Below, piece by piece: positions 29,407-40,794 of a stretch of 64,000 nt of DNA. The notes beneath the pieces are model-generated. The model was not told the origin of the DNA, did no database searches, and was given only the letters and a program-made list of their open reading frames with translations. Source of the stretch: an uncultured delta proteobacterium (GTDB taxonomy: Bacteria; Myxococcota_A; Polyangia; Fen-1088); NCBI GenBank assembly GCA_963767925.1, contig CAVYGB010000002.1, positions 352,001 to 416,000 of the forward strand, written 5' to 3'. The position numbers and the translations under genes are program-made. The stretch's first letter is position 1. The number at the start of each line of letters is the position of its first letter.

Positions 29407-31122
29407 TCAGGGGCCGAACAGGGTCGGCACCGCCACCGGGAACGACTCGCCGTCGATCACGACGTCGGCGCGCACCGTGGTGCCCTCGAGCGGCAAGGTG
29501 ACGGCGAACTCGCGGGTCAGGTCGTCGGACATGAGGTTGATCGAGACCGGCGCGTTGACCACCCGCCCGTCGTCGAGCACCAGCCGGGCGTAGCGCTGGC
29601 TGTTCATGGCCGCGTCCGCCTCGACAAGCCGTTCGGCGACAACGCCCCAGTTGGGCCGCTCGCCCGGGCCCATGTAGCCCAGCAGCGAACGTTCGGCCAG
29701 GGCCGACGTCCCGGGCGGCTGCGCGCTCATGCCGCTCACCATGCGCACGCGCCCCTCGAACCGGCTCCACATGAAGTCGCTGATCCAGCGCGGCCGGCAG
29801 TAGCCCATCAGCTCCTTGAACATGGCCTTGCTCTTGAGGGCGTTCTCGCTGAGGCTCCAGCCGTCGGTGGCCAGAGCGCCCCCGGGCAGCGGGTACATCA
29901 CGCTCCCGCCACCGGCTCCGCAAGCGTCGACGTGGGGCTGACCGTGGTTGTGCCCCAGCTCGTGCGCCACCGTGTTGGTGTTGCCGTCGATGGCCCGGCC
30001 GCGCACCAGCGTCAGCGAGACCCGGCGCGATCCCGGGTCGTTGTTGTTGCCGCCGCCCCCGCCGGCCGTGCCGGCGAAGGTGAAGGTGGTGTCCTCGCGG
30101 GCCACCAGCAGGTGGTAATACTCCCAGGGACGGGCGCTGGCGCCGTCGGCGGTGCGGGCGTCGCGGATCAGGCCGAAGGCCGCTCCCCGCTCGGTGATCC
30201 GGGCGGTCACCGTGACCGGCTCGCGGATGCGCAGGTTCACCTTCTGCACCGGGTAGACGTCGTAGACGTCATTCTCCAGCTTGCGCAGGCGCTCCGGGGT
30301 GTTGACCAGCGGGCCCCCCGGACCGGTCACCGGAACGCCGACGATGTCGAGCACCATGCGGCCGGCCTTGACCGCCAGGTCGACGGCGCCCTCGGCGGGG
30401 AAGCGGGGTGGCGGCGACGGGTCGGCGCCGGTGGCCTGGCCGGCCTCGAACAGCGACACCGCCAGGCTGGCGCCCGGCTTCACCTCGGAGGCAGGGACGA
30501 GGATGTTGAAGGTGCTGGCGGCGCGGGCGGCCTCGGAGGCGCCGGTGATCATCTTCGCCTCCTCGAACTGCTTGCCCCCACCGGCGTAGGTGATGGCGGC
30601 GACGCCCCGGAGCTGCCGGGCGGTGTAGCCCATGCCGGGCCGCACGTGGATGCGGACCACCAGGGGTCGGCCCTCGATGATGGGCGCGTTGCGCATCCCC
30701 GGGGCCACCTGGCCCTCGCCGTCACCGAGCTTGATGAAGGTGGCCTGGGAGACCTCGACCAGGCTGACCTGGATGTTGCGGGCCCAGGGGCCGTCCGGGC
30801 CGGCGGGCGGCGATCCCGGGTTGGCCCCGGCGCCTCCCGAGGGCGGCGCGGGAGGCATGCCCGGCGGCCCGACCGTCGGCGGGACGGTGACCGGCGGCGG
30901 GGTCATGCCGGGCGGGACCGGCGGCGGGTTGGTGGGACCCTCGTTGTTGCCCGGCGGGTTGACCGGGGGCGGGGGGGTGGTGGTGGGCGGCGTGACGCTG
31001 GGGCCGGGGTTGCTGCCGCCGGGCGGCGGCTCGGCCGGCAACGGCTCGACGTCTCCACCGCACTGGGCTGCCAGAACCAGGACGAGTGCGCTCCAAGACG
31101 GGAATCGACGACGTGGATGCAT
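29407..31122 (-). CDS. Lipoprotein zinc metallopeptidase (metzincin, M66-like)
   Basis: Signal with Cys (LAAQC), Pro-rich linker, HELGHNHGQPH (HExxHxxGxxH), Met-turn ELMGY. Confidence 0.85.
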   Translation of the reverse strand: MHPRRRFPSWSALVLVLAAQCGGDVEPLPAEPPPGGSNPGPSVTPPTTTPPPPVNPPGNNEGPTNPPPVPPGMTPPPVTVPPTVGPPGMPPAPPSGGAGANPGSPPAGPDGPWARNIQVSLVEVSQATFIKLGDGEGQVAPGMRNAPIIEGRPLVVRIHVRPGMGYTARQLRGVAAITYAGGGKQFEEAKMITGASEAARAASTFNILVPASEVKPGASLAVSLFEAGQATGADPSPPPRFPAEGAVDLAVKAGRMVLDIVGVPVTGPGGPLVNTPERLRKLENDVYDVYPVQKVNLRIREPVTVTARITERGAAFGLIRDARTADGASARPWEYYHLLVAREDTTFTFAGTAGGGGGNNNDPGSRRVSLTLVRGRAIDGNTNTVAHELGHNHGQPHVDACGAGGGSVMYPLPGGALATDGWSLSENALKSKAMFKELMGYCRPRWISDFMWSRFEGRVRMVSGMSAQPPGTSALAERSLLGYMGPGERPNWGVVAERLVEADAAMNSQRYARLVLDDGRVVNAPVSINLMSDDLTREFAVTLPLEGTTVRADVVIDGESFPVAVPTLFGP

Positions 31123-31343
31123 GCTGTCTCCTTCCCCGCCGGTGGGTCGGCCGCGCGGCTGCGAGGTCCGGGGGCAATGCTGCGATGGGGCAGTCTCCGG
31201 ATGCGGGGATAACGTGAATTAGTGTTGCCGGCGAACCAGCATCGTTACCCCGACCCGTCGATTTTCCTGGCTCGATTTGTGACACCTGAACGGCGCCTGC
31301 GGTCACGCGCCCGGGACCCCGTCCGCGGGCGGCCCCGGCGGCG

Positions 31344-32639
31344 TCAATTCACGATCAGCGTCTTGCACCCGAAGCGGAGGTCGACCCGGGCGGTCTCGTC
31401 GCCCTCCAGCGCCTTGCACGACGCCTCGCAGACCTGCACCCGGGTGGGCGCCCCCCCGGTCGCCGGGTCTGCATCGTAATACCAGCCCCCGCGGGTCGGG
31501 TCGCAGCCGGCGGCGTCGCGCACGTAGGGGAGGTCCTCGTCGCGGGCGCTGGCCGTCACGTGGACGTTGACCTTGCCGTAGTCGAGCACCCCCGTGCGCG
31601 GCTGCGGGATGGTGAAGGCGCAGGGGACCGCCAGGGTGCGGATCTGGTTGAAGGCGTCCTGCAGCCGGCGGTTGAGGTCGTCGGTCGGGTTGATCACGAA
31701 CTCGGTCGTGCCCCCGGCGGTCGCCAGGCGGGCCACCACGTTGCCCGCGCCGCGGGCGATCTCCTCGGGCGTGAAGACGCCGATGATGAAGGTCGCGATG
31801 GGGGGGCTGGCCTGGCGGGCGGCGGCGACCGGGGCGGCGATGGCCTCGATGGCCACCGGGTCGCACAGGGTTGGCTCGCCGTCGGTGACGACCACCAGGG
31901 CGCCCTTGTTCCCGGCGCTGGCCGCCAGGCGGGCCGAGAGCTGGTCGAGGGCGCCCAGGACCGCCGGCCCGGTGGGGGTGCCCGACGTCCTCGCCGCCCT
32001 CGGATCCTGGGCCCCGAAGGCCGTCGTGAGCTGCGGCTCGCTCCCGGGCAGCGCCGCGAAGGAGACGGCCAGCTTGCGGTAGTCGGCGACGTCGCAGCTC
32101 GGCGGGTTGCCCGGGCAGGGCTGCGGGTTGTTCGGATCGAAGGGCATGCAGGTCAGGCCCGCCGGGCAGGGACAGGCCGGGGTGGGGCCGGGCGGGTTGA
32201 AGGGCCCGACGCAGACCCCGGCGAAGCAGCGCGCCCCCACCGGGAAAAACTGCAGCCCGATGTTCAGCCCGGCCGACCCCGGGTCGCGCAGAAACCCGAG
32301 CAGCCCCGCCCGCGCCAGGTCCCACTTCGATCCGGTGCCGCCCGCGACGGTCTTGGCCATCGAGGTGGAGACGTCGACGAGGAAGAGCAGGTCGACCGCG
32401 GCGCGCTGGGCGGCATGGGCCTCGCCCGCGCAGGCCTCCCCCACCGCCACCGGCATCGGCGGAGCCGGCGGCGGCAGCACGAAGCCGGGCCCCGAGCCGG
32501 GCCCGCCCGGGGGATCGCCGGCCCCACCTTGCCCGGCCGGCACCACCCCCGCCTTCTGGCAGGCGGCGGCGAGCAGGAGGAGGAGGGCCACGCCCGCCCG
32601 ACCGTCGCGGCGGGAGGTCCCGGCCCAGGAGCTGTTCAT
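31344..32639 (-). CDS. vWA-domain lipoprotein
   Basis: Lipobox AAAC; MIDAS DVSTS, GTPT, VVVTDG; Cys-rich C-terminal domain (GGWYYD...VCEASC...FGC). Confidence 0.88.
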   Translation of the reverse strand: MNSSWAGTSRRDGRAGVALLLLLAAACQKAGVVPAGQGGAGDPPGGPGSGPGFVLPPPAPPMPVAVGEACAGEAHAAQRAAVDLLFLVDVSTSMAKTVAGGTGSKWDLARAGLLGFLRDPGSAGLNIGLQFFPVGARCFAGVCVGPFNPPGPTPACPCPAGLTCMPFDPNNPQPCPGNPPSCDVADYRKLAVSFAALPGSEPQLTTAFGAQDPRAARTSGTPTGPAVLGALDQLSARLAASAGNKGALVVVTDGEPTLCDPVAIEAIAAPVAAARQASPPIATFIIGVFTPEEIARGAGNVVARLATAGGTTEFVINPTDDLNRRLQDAFNQIRTLAVPCAFTIPQPRTGVLDYGKVNVHVTASARDEDLPYVRDAAGCDPTRGGWYYDADPATGGAPTRVQVCEASCKALEGDETARVDLRFGCKTLIVN

Positions 32640-32807
32640 GGCGGCTACCTCGCTTTGCTTCTTCGGGGAGGTTGGCGGAAGGGGCCGGACGCCCGGGCAC
32701 GAAGGAGACGCCCCGGCCCTGCGAGCAGCTCACGGGGTGCGGCGGGAGCGGCCGATTCTTACGCCCGATGCGGCGAGCTGGGTGAGGGGCGCCCGGGCTG
32801 GCAACCG

Positions 32808-32864
32808 CCCCTCACCCTCACCCTCTCCCCACGGCCGCAGACGTCCGCGGGGAGAGGGCAAACA
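32808..32864. repeat. REP-like palindrome, same family as 12177
   Basis: CCCCTCACCCTCACCCTCTCCCC...GGGGAGAGGGCAAACA. Confidence 0.75.
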
Positions 32865-32895
32865 ATCTCCTGGCCCCATCCATTCATTGGGCAAA

Positions 32896-33098
32896 TACCG
32901 GGCAAGTCACTGGGTAATTACCGGTCAAGTCACTGGGTAATTACCTGGCAAGTCACTGGGTAATTACCTGGCCAAGTCACTGGGTGATTACCGGGCAAGT
33001 CACTGGGTGATTACCGGGCAAGTCACTGGGTGATTACCGGGCAAGTCACTGGGTGATTACCGGGCAAGTCACTGGGTGATTACCGGGCAAGTCACTGG
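32896..33098. repeat. 23-bp tandem repeat x9 (plus a degenerate tenth)
   Basis: GGCAAGTCACTGGGT(A/G)ATTACC(G/T); CAAGTCACTGG at 32903, 32926, 32949, 32973, 32996, 33019, 33042, 33065, 33088. Confidence 0.97.
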
Positions 33099-33127
33099 AA
33101 ATACTGGCAAGGCCACTCGTCTTGCGA

Positions 33128-33157
33128 ACAATTATCTTGTGCACAATTCAATTGTGC
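33128..33157. promoter_or_regulatory. OhrR operator
   Basis: Perfect palindrome GCACAATT-C-AATTGTGC (33141-33157) plus an adjacent weaker ACAATTATCTTGT; matches the ACAATT-N-AATTGT OhrR box. Confidence 0.85.
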
Positions 33158-33172
33158 GCTATCTATCTCCTC

Positions 33173-33702
33173 GTGAACGGCACTGACCTTCTCCGGCTGG
33201 ATGCTCAGCTCTGCTTTCTGCTCTACGCGACGACGCGGGCGGTCACGCAGGCTTACGCGCCGCTGCTGGCGCCGCTGGGGCTGACCTACCCGCAGTACCT
33301 GGTGATGCTGGTGCTCTGGGAGGAGGACGGGGTTGGCGGTAGCACGACGCTGGGGCACATCGGGGCGCGCCTCCGGCTCGACTCGGGGACCCTCACTCCG
33401 CTCATCAAGCGGATGGAGAGCGCCGGGCTGGTGGTCCGGGCCCGCAGGCGCGACGACGAGCGGGTGCTGACCGTCGGCCTCACCGAGGCGGGCCGCGGGC
33501 TGCGCGCCAAGGCCGAAGGGGTGCCGGTGCAGATGTTCTGCCAGGCCGGGCTGACCGCCTCCACCTTCGACCGCCTCGCCTCCGACCTGCGCCGGGTGCT
33601 CGAGGCCCTGCAGGGGCCGCGCGCGGACACCCCCACGGCCATCACCGCTTCTCGTCCCATCGACGACGACGACGACGACGACAACGGAAAGGAACCAACG
33701 AC

Positions 33703-33706
<4 letters not shown>
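33173..33706 (+). CDS. ohrR: Organic hydroperoxide resistance regulator (MarR family)
   Basis: LDAQLCFLLY (sensing Cys), LGLTYPQYLVMLVLWE, LDSGTLTPLIKRME; GTG start. Confidence 0.92.
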
Positions 33707-34152
<446 letters not shown>

Positions 34153-34167
34153 CCGCCGGGTCGGACG

Positions 34168-35200
34168 TCAGAACGGCCAGTAGCAGATCTGCTGCTGGCC
34201 GGCGCTGGCGTCGGTGGCGTAGGGGGAAAAGCCGTGGCGCCGGTTCTCGTGCGTAGACGGCGCGGGCCTTGCGCTGGTTGCGACAGCTCGCCCACGTAGT
34301 CCTCGACCCCGATGAAGAAAGGGCGCCCGCCCGGCTGCAGCTTCATGGCCTGCCAGGCGCGCAGCTCGCCCAGGGCCTGGTTGTCCCGCTCGGGCGCGAA
34401 GACCGACTCGTGGGCGATGCCGTCGAGGAGCTGGGGCAGCGGACCGGAGCTCGGTGACGCCCAGCCGGGTGATGTCGCTGGTGGCGTTTTGCATGACGAT
34501 GAGGTGATCGGGGTAGGCCTGCCGCAGGGCCGCCATCAGCTCGAGCCCACCCTGCCGGCAGCGATCACCGCAGGGGCCGTTGTTGGTCTTGTCCCCGTGC
34601 TCGACGATCTCCATGTTGTCGAGGAAGAAGCCGTCGACCCCGGCCCGCACCAGGCGCAGGGCCACGTGATCGACGATCAGCTTGGCGTAGTCGGTATTGG
34701 ACGGGTCCATCCAGATCTCGTCCGGGTAGCCGGCGTAGCGCCCGCGCTGGGCCCGCAGGTTCTGCTTGCAGGGCACGAAGCCGGGCGGCGACCTTCGTGA
34801 AATATTCGCGGAAGGCCTCGCACGAGCCGACGTTCAGGTAGCTGATCACCCGGTTGCGCCCGCCCGCCTTCAGCTCGGCGAGCTCGCCGGGCGTCCAGGC
34901 CGCCACCCCGGGGTCGGCGTCGATGTTGATGATGCGGAAGCGCTCGCGCCACCCGCCTGAGCGGCCGGACCTTCCGCGCCGGACCCGTAGATACGAGACC
35001 CAGGGCCCCGTCGCCGGAAACCCCCGCCCCGGCCCCTTCGGCCCCCGCCGCCGCCGATCGCGCCAGCTGCCGCCTCCTCCGCCTTGGCCTCCGGCTTGAT
35101 CTCCGTCTTCCCCTCCGACGTTGTCTCAGCCTTGGTCTCAGCCTTGTCCTCCGCCCTCCGCTCGCGCGCTTCCCCTCCGACGCCGCACCGGCGGATCATT
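34168..35200 (-). CDS. Stand-alone endo-alpha-1,4-polygalactosaminidase (GH114-like), frameshifted; start uncertain
   Basis: FRIINIDADP, VISYLNVGSCE, YAGYPDEIWMD, GVDGFFLDN, IVMQNA, DGIAHES, VEDY across frames. Confidence 0.78.
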
Positions 35201-35457
35201 CGTGGCCACTGCCTACCCCCGGCAGGCGCCCGCGCCAACGGCTCGACTCCCAGCTCGCTCAGAATGAACAGAAGGGCTTCAGCGAACGTCCGCACTCTCG
35301 GCTCCCCAGTTCTGCCACTTTCCAGGTTCGAAGGCGGGCTCCGCCTGCCGGAGAGACCCGCCGCCGAAGTCGACGCCAATTCGGACCTTACCTCGCCCTC
35401 TGTCCGGGGAGAGGGCCCGGGGGAGGGGGCGCGGTCCGCCGCGCCCTCTTGCCCCGC

Positions 35458-36836
35458 TCAGACTTGCTGCATGAATGTGTCGCACTCGAGGCCTTCGAGG
35501 CGACGGGAGATGATGTTGAGGCCGGAGACGCTGGTGATGGCGGTGGCCAGGGCGAACCCATAGCCGTAAAACGCCGGGCCCAGCGACTGGGTCATCAGGG
35601 TCAGCATGAGGTTGGACGTGGCGAACAGGATGCTCAGCCACAAGCACCGCGCCCCGCTGGTCCAGATAGAACAGCACGTTGAACACCGCCAGCATCAGCA
35701 CCTGGGTGCCGACGCCCGCCAGGTCGACGAAGAACAGCTGCCGGTAGAGCGGCGAGATCCCCATGACGTCGAGGATGCGGGGGCCGATGAGGAACAGCAG
35801 CAGCAGGGTCACCCCCTGCACCTTGAAGATGTCGCCCATGCCCTGGCGGGCGGCGCTCGACAGCGTCCCCTTGAGGCGCTGGATGTTGACCAGCGAATCG
35901 CCGCTGCGGACCGCGCTGATAAAAGGCGTCGTAGCTCTCGGCGAAGTCGGTCTCGACCCGCACCAGGAACACGGCCATCCCGGGCACGATCGACAGGTAG
36001 GCCAGGAAGATCGGGATGTCGTAGATGATCGAGGCGCGCAGCGGCCCGATCACCGGGTCGGAGACCAGCGGGTTGGCCCAGAAGGCGAACTTGTCGACCC
36101 AGACGCCCAGGTTGTAGAAAAACCCGGTGAAGCGCCAGGCTGAGGTAGCTCGCGCCGGCCGAGGAAGTCGAACGACACCAGGATGGCGCCCGCGCGGGTA
36201 GCGCCGGATCACCGCCAGGAACAGCAGGAACAGCAGCACGATCTGCCCGACCAGGAAGCCGGTCAGCAGGCCGGCCAGCCCCCGGCTGCGAGCGCACAGC
36301 GCCCCGCCCACCGAGGTGCCGTAGCCGATGAGGAAGCCGACCAGCACGCTCCGGTAGGCCTTGAGCCCCGACAGCAACACGACCACCACCCACAGGTCGC
36401 ACAGGGTGACGAAGCCGATGATCATGAGGGCCCGGTAGCTGAGCGGCCAGCCCCTCGAACCCGTACCAGACCACCGCGAAGGAGAAGGACCCCGCCACCA
36501 GCGTGGTCAGGGCCAGCGCCCCGAACAGGTTGGGCAGCACCTTCGACTCTTCCTTGGCGAACAGCCGGTCGGCGATGAACCGGGTGAACATGAGCTGCAG
36601 AAAGCCGGTCAGGATCAGCGACCCGGCCATCAGGTAGGTGATCGACACCAGGAACTGGCGCAGGGCCAGCGACTGCACCCGGGTCACGCTGAGGATGCCC
36701 GATCGCCCATGACGCCCAGGATCGACAGCACCCAGGGGCCCGAGCTGATCATCCCCGCATAGCCATACGCGCGCAGCAGCCCCCAGAAGCTGTTCGCGCG
36801 CATCAGCCTACGAAGCTCGAACCCGATTCCTGCCAC
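35458..36836 (-). CDS. pelG: Pel transporter PelG (frameshifted in this sequence)
   Basis: MAGIGFELR...YAGMISSGPW, QLMFTRFIADRLF, YNLGVWVDKF.FW, YDIPIFLAYLSIVPGMAVFLVRVETDF, VLFYLD. Confidence 0.9.
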
Positions 36837-38420
36837 CGGCAGCCTCCAGCGCGGTCCCGTAAACGCCACGGTAGGCGGCGAACATCTGATCGCGGGTGTA
36901 AAAACGCTGCACGCGCTCGAGCCCGGCGGCGCGGGCCCGGCCCCAGGTGACCGGGTCACGCAGCAGGGCCACGATGGCCGATGCGGTCTGCTCGGGCGCG
37001 GCGATCGGCACCACGCTGCCGGCGGGCCCCAGGGCCCGGTCCTCCGGCAGGCGCCCCTCGATCAGCTCGCGGCAGGAGCCCACGTCGGTGGCCACCACCG
37101 GCACGCCGCTGGCGAAGCTCTCGAGGATGACCAGGGGCAGGGCCTCGCTGATCGAGGTCAGCACGGTGAGGCCCAGCTTGGGGAAGATCTCGTCGGGCTT
37201 CTGGAAGCCGAGGAACTTCACCTTGCCCCCCAGGCCCAGCGCTGCCCACCAGCTCGTGGCACTCGCGGGCGTAGTCCCGGTCCTCGTCCTCCGGTCCCAC
37301 GATCCAGGCCTCCGCCTCGGGCATGGCCGCCACCACCGTGCGCATGGCCCGGATGAAGCCGCGCACGTCCTTGATCGGCACCACCCGCCCGATCAGGCCG
37401 ATCACCGGCGGCGGACCCGGTCGCCCTCCCGGCGGGGGGCCGGCGGAGAAGCGCTCGAGGTCGATGCCGTTGGGGATCACCCGGGTGCGGCCTCGGTCGG
37501 CGCCGTCGCTGATCTGGCGGTGCCCGGTTGCCCTCGTAGAGCGCGATGATGGGATCGGCGGCGGCGTAGGCCAGCCGGCCGATGCTCTCGAAGAAGCGGA
37601 GCCACAGCCGGCGCACGTAGGTGCGGTCCTCCTCGAGGCCGCTGCGCAGCTCCTCGGCGGCGTCCTTGATCCAGTCGGCGTGGGCCAGGTCGATCTTGCG
37701 TTCCTTGGTGTAGATGCCGTGTTCGGTGAGCACGTAGGGGCACTGGCGCCGGTGCTGCAGCAGCGAGCCCAGGAAGCCGGCGTACCCGGTCGAGACCGAG
37801 TGCAGCACCTTGAAGGGCGGCATCCGGGCGGCGATCTCGGCCATCTTGAACAGCGGGCCGTGCATCGTGCGCACGGTCCAGAAGTAGTCGACGAAGGAGG
37901 GTGAGGTGCAGAAGCGGTGGTAAGAGGCGCAGATCTGGTGCCAGGTCTCGTCGCTGTGCAGGAAGTCGCGCCAGCCGATGCCGTCGGGCGGTCTCGATCT
38001 CCGCCACCGCCGCCCGGATGCCGTCCGAGATGGCCCGCCCCCGGATCGCGGAGCTCGTCGTGCAGGCGGGCGAGCTGCTCGAAGCTCTGGACCTTGCTCT
38101 TGCGCGAGCTGCCCCTCCGGCGGGGCGAGGGCTGCTCGGCCAGGTAGTGGGTCTCGACGTGCACCAGGTTGGGGGGCAGCGTGTAGCGGATGGGCGAGTA
38201 GTCCTCGGGCGACGATCCGATGAACACGACGCCGAAGGTCAGCTCGGGCAGGCCGGAGATGATCTCGTGCACCCAGCTCGACACGCCGCCCGCTGACGAA
38301 GGGGTAGGTCCCCTCGAGCAGCAGGCCGACGTCGGCCCCCTCCCCGGCCGGCAGCCGGGGCAAGGTGGCGACCAGCTTCTTGCTGCCGGTTCTGGTGAGG
38401 CTCTTGATGGAAGGTTTCAC
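36808..38420 (-). CDS. pelF: GT4 glycosyltransferase PelF (frameshifted in this sequence)
   Basis: LLLEGTYPFVSG.VSSWVH, HSVSTGYAG, TEHGIYTKERKID, GRVVPIKDV, LTSISEALPLVILE. Confidence 0.92.
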
Positions 38421-39422
38421 GACCACTGCTCCACGATGGGGGCCAGGCCGGGCCGCAGGCGGGCCGACCGGGCGAACACGGCCACCTGCCGGCGGACCTC
38501 GAGCGGGCGCGCGCTCGAGGTAGTCGGCCTCGGCCAGGTAGGGGCCGACCACCTCGATGGGCAGGCCCCGGCGCACCGACTCCTCCAGCATGGCCCGCGC
38601 CTCCTCGGGCCGGCCCAGCATCAGCAGCGCCCGCCCGGCCAGCAGCGCCATGCGCGGGCTGCCGTTCTTGTTCCGCCGGACCTCCGAGGAGTGCCAGAGC
38701 ACCTGATCGAGCGAGAAGGCCAGCAGCTCGCCCTCGACGAGGCCGCCGTAGACCAGCTCCCAGTACAGCTCGGCCAGGCGGCCGTGGGTGGTCGGCGGCA
38801 GGCGCGGGCGCTGCTGCCCCTCGCCGCCCGCGGTGCCGAGCAGCTCCTGGATCTGGGTCTGGATGTCGCGCTCCTTGCGCTCGAGGACGGCGTAGGCCAG
38901 CAGGCGCACGTCGTCGACCGGGTCGCGCAGGGCCAGGCGCAGGAGGTGCATCGCCGACCGCTCGGGCAGGCTGCGGCAGGCCAGCACCACCCGCAGGCGG
39001 CTCTCCGGATCGGGGCTGTGGCGCAAGATCCCCTCGAGCGAGCCAGGGCCGTAGCGCCGGTCGAGCTCGGTGTTGAGGGGGTTGCCGGGCAGGCTGGGGG
39101 GCATCGGTCTCGCGCAGCCCCGCCCGCTTGCGCTCGATCGGGCTGCGGGCGCGCACGGCCAGCATGGCGGCCAGCCCGGGCAGCCCGAACACCGGGAAGA
39201 AGGTGGCGAACCCCCCGATCAAGCATGGCGTCGGGGAAACGCGGCCGCCGGCCCTGGGGAGTCACGGCGAAGACCAGGGCGGCGGCGCCGCCGAGGGCGC
39301 CCAGCAGGTACAGGCCCACCGCCGTGTTGGGCACCTCGACGGCCCCCACCCCGAGGATCACCGCCTCGAGCTGGACGACCGCCGCCGCCAGCACGACGAA
39401 CCCGACCAGGAAAGATCTCATG
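38417..39422 (-). CDS. pelE: PelE-like membrane/TPR protein (frameshifted in this sequence)
   Basis: N-terminal TMs; LRLALRDPVDDVRLLAY, LAELYWELVYGGLVEG, PYLAE; stop overlaps the pelF GTG. Confidence 0.85.
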
Positions 39423-40794
39423 CCGAGGGCGCGGGTCTGCTTGGGTTTGGCCAGCAGCTTGAGCTGGGTCAAGGCGGTGTCGCTGGCCGAGTCCTGGAGG
39501 TCGACCGCCTGCAAGAGCCGGATCCCCCGCTCGCTCAGCGAGACGCGCAGCTTGGTCTGCACCGCCTTGTCGAGCCGCTTGAGGTAGGACTCCGCCCCCT
39601 TGCCGTCGGTGAGGGGCAGCAGCACGAACAGCCGCAGGCCGCCGTCGGGGGCCAGGGCCAGGCAGGCCTCGTCGATCCCCCGCCGCTCCTCCAGCACCCG
39701 GGGCAGGAGCTCGCTGGCCCGGGCGGCGTTGCTGACCGAGAAGACAACCAGGCTGGCGGGCACGCCGTGGCGGCGGGCGTCCACCAGGCAGCGGCGCACC
39801 CGCTGCTCGAACCGCTGGGTCGAGCGCGGGTCGTAGCTCTTGACGGTGGCCCCGAACTCCAGCGTGTCGGCCAGGGCCCCGGCCATCAGGGCGAACAGGC
39901 TCAGGTTCTCCGGGGTGAAGGCGTAAAAGGGCAGCTCCTGGATGGCGAGGATGGCCCACACCCGGCCGTCGACGTCGACCAGGGGGACCGCCGCCGCCAG
40001 GCTGGTCGTCATCTCGCCGATGGCCTCGCTGCCGTCGCGGCCCATGTGGGCCAGGCTGGCCACCCGCCGCGACTTCAGGGCGGCGCCCACCAGCGGGTCG
40101 GAGGCGATGCGGTCGGAGACCCGCCCCAGGGTGGCGCAGGGGGGCTCGACGCCCCCGGCTGGTCACCGGCAGCAGGGCGGCGGTCTGCACCTGGCCGAAG
40201 GCCTGGAACACCTCGAGCACGAAGGGGGCCCGCGTCTGCAGGGCCGAGTCGGACCCCGGGCGCGCGCAGCAACTCCGCCCGCAGGGTCGAGATGGCCGTG
40301 CGCAGGTTGCCGCGGGCGGCGGCGCTGCGCTCCTCGAGCCCGTCGTGCGAGACCTTGAGGAGCTGGTAGTTGCGGGCGAACTCGTCGAAGCGTTGCCGCT
40401 GGTGGGTGTAAAGGCCGGCGATGCGCCGGGCCTGGGTGGCCCACAGGTGGGCGAACTGCCCGGCCAGCATGCCGGTCAGCAGGAGGGCGGCGATGAGCTG
40501 GGCGGGCGGGAAGGTGCCCGGCACCGGCAGCACCTGCGTGCGCCAGGCCCACAGCAGGGCGAAGGAGAGGGCGGCCGCGCAGCCGAACCCGGCCATGAAG
40601 CCGTGGCGCAGTCCCGCCAGCATCGGCGCCAGCAGCGACCAGGAGACCGAGGACTGAACGAAGAAGGGATCGACCGCGTTGGTCCAGCGGCCCAGCAACG
40701 GAACGGCGGCGCACAGGAGCAGCGACTCGAGCGCCATCACCCAGGGCTGGACCGGGCGTACGCGTTCGACGAGGTCGTCTTCGTTCCGTCTCAT
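39419..40794 (-). CDS. pelD: PelD-like c-di-GMP receptor (TM-GAF-degenerate GGDEF), frameshifted
   Basis: DPFF....W.LLAP.L.GLRHG, LKVSHD.LE, GAF, RGID (RxxD I-site), VLLPLTD..GAESYL.RL; ATG overlaps the pelB stop. Confidence 0.85.

Noticed and set aside
32896..33098. CRISPR array (23-bp repeats)
   Set aside because: Units are head-to-tail with no unique spacers, and no cas genes are in the window
37218..39104. 628-aa PelE-PelF fusion ORF
   Set aside because: Produced by frameshifts; a normal GTGA stop/start overlap exists at 38417-38420
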